This document shows positions 60,140-64,000 of a stretch of 64,000 nucleotides of DNA, one piece after another. The position numbers and the translations under genes were made by a program. Position 1 is the stretch's first letter; every line of letters starts with the position of its first letter. Origin of the DNA: Cenococcum geophilum (taxonomy: Eukaryota); assembly GCA_050273025.1 (NCBI GenBank), contig CP158635.1, forward strand, positions 15,314,001-15,378,000, in the 5' to 3' direction. Under the pieces are notes generated by a model, which worked only from the letters and a program-made list of their open reading frames with translations, had not been told where the DNA came from and did no database searches.

Positions 60140-60600
60140 CCTATCTTCTCACATGCTCATTATGGTACTGGAAGTGGTGTTTAAGCACCTTGAACGCCAA
60201 TCCGTTGAGCAATCCTAATCCCGCTTCAAATTCTGGATTTATCTTGGTCCAATCTAGAAACCCTCCCGGTTATTCTGTAGACGAAATCATTTCCCGAGGG
60301 ACTGTAGTCAAGTTGGTACAGGTATTGGGAACATTTAGCCAAGGATTGACGCTAAAAGTTGGCGAGCCACCTCCTGACGCACAGCCGTGTGCGTGGTCTG
60401 CGCAGGAGTTACTTAGCAATATCTACCCTGTTAATATAAGTGATTCTATGGGGTTTATATTGGTAATATACATAGTGCAGGTATATCTATGGCCTTGGAA
60501 AGCTAATAGTAGAAAGGGAGAGGTGGAATATAGCTTTAATTCCCGAATAGGAACAATAGAACTAATAGAATTTAAAATCTCTATATTTTACTAACTCTAA
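60140..60600 (-). pseudogene. Stop-interrupted degenerate coding relic, family unknown
   Basis: The minus frame reads ...FQGHRYTCTMYITNIKPIESLILTG*ILLSNSCADHAHGC...STE*PGGFLDWTKINPEFEAGLG. The TAG/TAA stops are compatible with RIP of TGG/CAA. It grades into AT-rich DNA to about 60810. Confidence 0.35.
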
Positions 60601-60899
60601 GTCGAAATATTATAATATTTTTACTATTAAATTCGCCTTCTTAATCTCTACAATTCTATAGTATAAAAGTTCTTAGTAGCTGTTACCGTTTATCTGGGGT
60701 AATATATCTATATATAGTATAGGGGTAATTAACGTTTAAATATCGTGTTCAGTTATTAAGATCTAACTATAAGCGGCCGATAAACCCTATATTAAGCTCG
60801 TCAATATTAAGGTTGACGATCCTCGGAGATGGCCCCTTAATTGGGCCTAGGTTGTGGCTATGCACGCCAAAGTGGCGTCAATATGGCGTCAAGTTTAAT

Positions 60900-61271
60900 G
60901 GCTAAAAGGTTCCTATTGGCACCAGCTGAATGATTTCCGGCTCATCTGAAAAGCTGATCGTCCCCCTCTCTTTGACAGACTATTGCATGCAAAGTCAGTT
61001 TAGTGCGTAAGCTTGTGTTGCATGCTTTCTACTGCCGTTGGATGAATATACCCTGGGATTTCCGCATTCTACATCAAAGACGGCTGAATGAGTGCAAATG
61101 ATTGCCTTGTGCACTTTGTGTATCGTCACCGCAAACAATCGTCAAATAGGAGTAGTTTTCAGAGGATAGGAAGCTGTATTGTCAGTTGAAACTAATCTTG
61201 GAGGAGGAAGGTGGAACTAACGATTGTAGCGAACTCAGTAGCAGCTTTCGTGGCTCTTCAGTTGCCGTTAT
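60900..61271 (-). pseudogene. Truncated BTB/POZ pseudogene
   Basis: (ATA)TATEEPRKLLLSSLQS|intron|SENYSYLTIVCGDD/frameshift/HKVHKAIICTHSAVFDVEC|intron|..GTISFSDEPEIIQLV. The intron layout matches the BTB gene at 62593-63513. Confidence 0.7.
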
Positions 61272-61440
61272 TCTGACCAGTTAGAAAACCCTAAAAGAGG
61301 TACATCAAACTTGCTGCAGCAGGCGAAGACCACGCTGGCCAATATTTGTGTCGTGGAAGAAACGAGAAAGGAGCGAGAAAGATGAAGCAGGAACGAATGG
61401 AGGCCACGCTATCACGAACTCTCCGCTATGCTTCACCATT

Positions 61441-61492
61441 CAAGATGCATTATCAAGATGCATTATCAAGATGCATTATCAAGATGCGTTAT
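61441..61492. repeat. 13-bp tandem repeat x4 (CAAGATGCATTAT)
   Basis: Directly visible. Confidence 0.9.
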
Positions 61493-61526
61493 GATTGATG
61501 TGGTCTTGTCTTCATAGAACTCCATG

Positions 61527-62416
61527 CGGCCAGGATCCGGACAGTAACACTTGGCAGTAACTTTACAGTCCGAATCTTTTGATCAGTGGCGGCTCAGCAG
61601 GCGTAAAGGAAGCCAAGACACTACCCGGGGCCTATTTTAGCCTTCCCGTTACCTATTTTTACTCTTTCTTGCGCTTTACGTGTCTCCCCCTACGCGTCTC
61701 TTTCTACGCGTCTCTCTACGCATCCCCCTTTGTAAGAGAAGCATAGGCAAGGCACAGGCAAAGACGCGAGCAGAGGTGCTAGCAGAGGCACAAGTAGAGG
61801 CACAAGTAGAGGCACAGGCAGAGGTACGAGTAGAGGGACAAGCAGAACCACAAGCAGAGCCACGAGCAGAGGGAGGAGCAAAGAGAGAAAGCAAAGGGAG
61901 AAGTAAAGGGGCAGCCTAGATAGGAAGGTGGGTCTGTGGGGTAGGAGGGTCTAAGTACTCAGTTGGTCTACAGGGATAAATTAAGGCTTAGCTTTAGTAT
62001 TCCCTTTCTAGACCCCCCTTTCTACCTCTACGCCTCGCACCTCTACAACTACCTCTACACCTTTCTACGTCTTTACTTGTGGCTCTGCTCATGGCTCTAC
62101 TCGTGTCTCTGCCCGTGTCTTCTGTCCGTGTCTTCTGCCCGTGTCTCCTTGCGCGTCTCCTTATTCGTCTCTTTACACGTCTTATGGGGGGCTAGGTAGA
62201 GAGGTATAGAGACATAGACGTAGACACAAAGACGTAAAGACGCAGAGATATAAAGGCGTAGAGGCGCAGAGGTGCCTCTGGGGGTAGGCCGTGCTAAATT
62301 AGGCTATGACTAAAAAATAAGCTCTAAGCCACTAATTTTGCACTGGCAGAGTGAAACTTGGCAGAAGATCCGGACAGTAAAGTTACTGCCAAGTGTTACT
62401 GTGCGGATCCTGGCCG
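61527..62416. mobile_element. Foldback-like non-autonomous element (~890 bp) with ~52-bp TIRs and minisatellite arms
   Basis: CGGCCAGGATCCG(G/C)ACAGTAACACTTGGCAGTAACTTTAC(A/T)GTCCG at both ends in inverted orientation. The internal 12-bp repeat blocks are arranged symmetrically. Confidence 0.8.
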
Positions 62417-62419
62417 GAG

Positions 62420-62565
62420 CTTTTTAGCCAAATCGGTGGCTCGGAAGCTTAATTTTATATTTTAGCCAAGTAAGCCGACTGTTTCGACCTATCAAACCAA
62501 GCAAGCCAAGCAAGCCAGCAAGCTAAGGCTTCCCGGCTTGGCTTGGTTGCTTAATAGCAAGTCTG
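62420..62565 (-). mobile_element. Orphan terminus of a probable hAT-like element
   Basis: The reverse complement begins CAGACTTGCTATTAAGCAACCAAGCCAAGCC, with clustered (C)AAGC subterminal repeats. No partner end found. Confidence 0.35.
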
Positions 62566-62592
62566 TCCCGTTTGCATTCTCCGTCAGTAAAC

Positions 62593-63513
62593 CTAGCTCC
62601 AGACACCGCCACTATTTAGATGCTTCAACTTGAGTAGATCAAAAGCCATACCATTGAACTCCCTCATTAGCGCCTCGACCTCAGGCTTTCGTAGTAGAGA
62701 CATATGGTCAGAAATTAGGTTCACCACGATATCCCGCAACCCCGTATTAGAGTCTGGAGTAGATATATACATAGTATAGATCGCTGATGGTAAATCACCG
62801 TGATTCCAGTTATTCGCGGCAGCAGGTTTGAATTTGTCCCGACTGAGGGATTGGAGACCTTTGATGTCGCATTTATCGGCGATTGCATACATTTTGGCGA
62901 GAGTAATGAGATGAAAAGTTCCATCTGGCTCTTGAGGAGATTCAACGGGCTCCTTTCCTGTAGGAATTGCTTGCCCCCCCCCTTCGCTATGCGCAAACTG
63001 GAGAAGGGATCATCGCTTTAGAGTCGGATTCCAGGGTGGCTCTTATGGTTCTGTGCCGCGACATTGCGGATGGAGAAGCCCTACCATAACGGGTGGTGGC
63101 GCTGTAACTTGGGCGGGGAATGGAGGATAATCAAGCGTATAGAAATAGTCGATCATCAACTCTACTATTTCCTGATCATCGTCGGGTAATGTAATAACTC
63201 CAGTCTCTGCTTCCTTTAAGTAGTGGTGGCTGGCTAGTGTTCAACCCATCATTATTCATTAAGGAAGAATTTCTGGATCACTGACCTTCCCGAATCTGCA
63301 CGTCGCATTGAAGAACTCAGAACGAGGACAGATGATTGCTTTGTGAACCTTGTGTTTGTATGACCCACGGGGAATGGTCAAATCTGAGAAATCGCTAGAT
63401 ATGAGTAGTCTAAAAGCATCAACATGATTAGAGAGTAAATGGTTGGTCATAAAAGAGCATAAGTACTCTTTTAGCGAACTCATCAACTCACTACGAGGCT
63501 CAGGGGGCTCCAT
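62593..63513 (-). CDS. BTB/POZ domain protein (intact only if an 87-nt intron removes two in-frame stops; otherwise a pseudogene)
   Basis: MEPPEPRSELMSSLKE|LLISSDFSDLTI..HKVHKAIICPRSEFFNATC|EAETGVITLPDDDQEIVELMIDYFYTLDY...AKMYAIADKCDIKGL...GLRDIV. The TAA and TGA lie inside GTAGGG(63084)...CTCCAG(62998). Confidence 0.7.
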
Positions 63514-63719
63514 GCTGACCCCAAGGTGCCAAAACACAAACTTTGAGTGGCAAGAGACGACGAACACAGCTCCGTTATCAAGATATAGTTCTTTCTATGT
63601 GATTTCCCGACTGTATATAGTGTGTTCTTGGCACTGCAAATTTTGAGAGCCGAGCCCTAGATAGATAAATAATAAAAAGCAAAAGGATAGAAATAAATTA
63701 AAAATAGGACAGGGACAGG

Positions 63720-64000
63720 TGTTAGGATTTCTTATAGTCTTCTCTACCGTTTTTCTTACTACCCAATAGTTGCTAGCAACCTAGTATCTTACTAGGAAGC
63801 TATAAACCCCTAGTTTAAGGGTTTATAAATTGTTAGGACATAGTTACTAGTACATATTAAGCTGCCTAAAAAGGATTTATGTATATAGAACTTATGCGCC
63901 ATAGCCTAGAGGCTACATGCGCAGTATTATACTACGTATAATACAATAGATACATAGAAAAAAAAGTTAATTATCAGCGGTTGCAGCTCATTGACAATGA
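63720..64000. mobile_element. AT-rich LTR-like relic(s) running to the window end
   Basis: Two TGTTAGGA starts (63720, 63831), TpA-rich composition and a TATATA box. Confidence 0.4.

Noticed and set aside
59917..60594. 225-aa plus-strand ORF
   Set aside because: It runs through a MITE and is the antisense shadow of a degenerate minus-strand relic.
61676..62199. Short repetitive ORFs (AQVE/LLVP repeats)
   Set aside because: These are translations of the foldback element's minisatellites.

Overview
Genomic DNA from a filamentous ascomycete (Pezizomycotina). The basis is short GT-AG introns with CTRAC branch points, typical fungal gene families, and transposon relics carrying the TpA-rich signature of repeat-induced point mutation (RIP). 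I built about 17 gene models by hand: SHO1 (partial), dynactin RO10, AVT-type amino-acid transporter, mitochondrial S16, Bax-inhibitor family protein, LAG1-type ceramide synthase, tyrosine-phosphatase-like protein, PQ-loop protein, septin CDC11/AspA, HSV2, Zn2Cys6 transcription factor, sugar porter, DHA2 MFS pump, HET-domain protein, DOA1 and two BTB proteins. There are several pseudogenes (hAT-disrupted conserved gene, P450, BTB). Mobile DNA includes hAT elements with exact 8-bp TSDs, a pogo/Fot1 nest containing a MITE and a solo LTR, a four-copy TA-flanked MITE family carrying a CCAAT/GATA motif, and a minisatellite-built foldback element. The strongest oddity is a predicted single-nucleotide exon in the 14-exon PQ-loop gene, where one Val codon is assembled from three exons. 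Two intergenic GC-rich segments fold by eye into branched rod structures and may be unannotated ncRNAs. Family names come from motif recognition by eye, with no database searches. Exon boundaries and RNA folds are predictions. I found no CRISPR array, rRNA, convincing tRNA or Starship captain recombinase.
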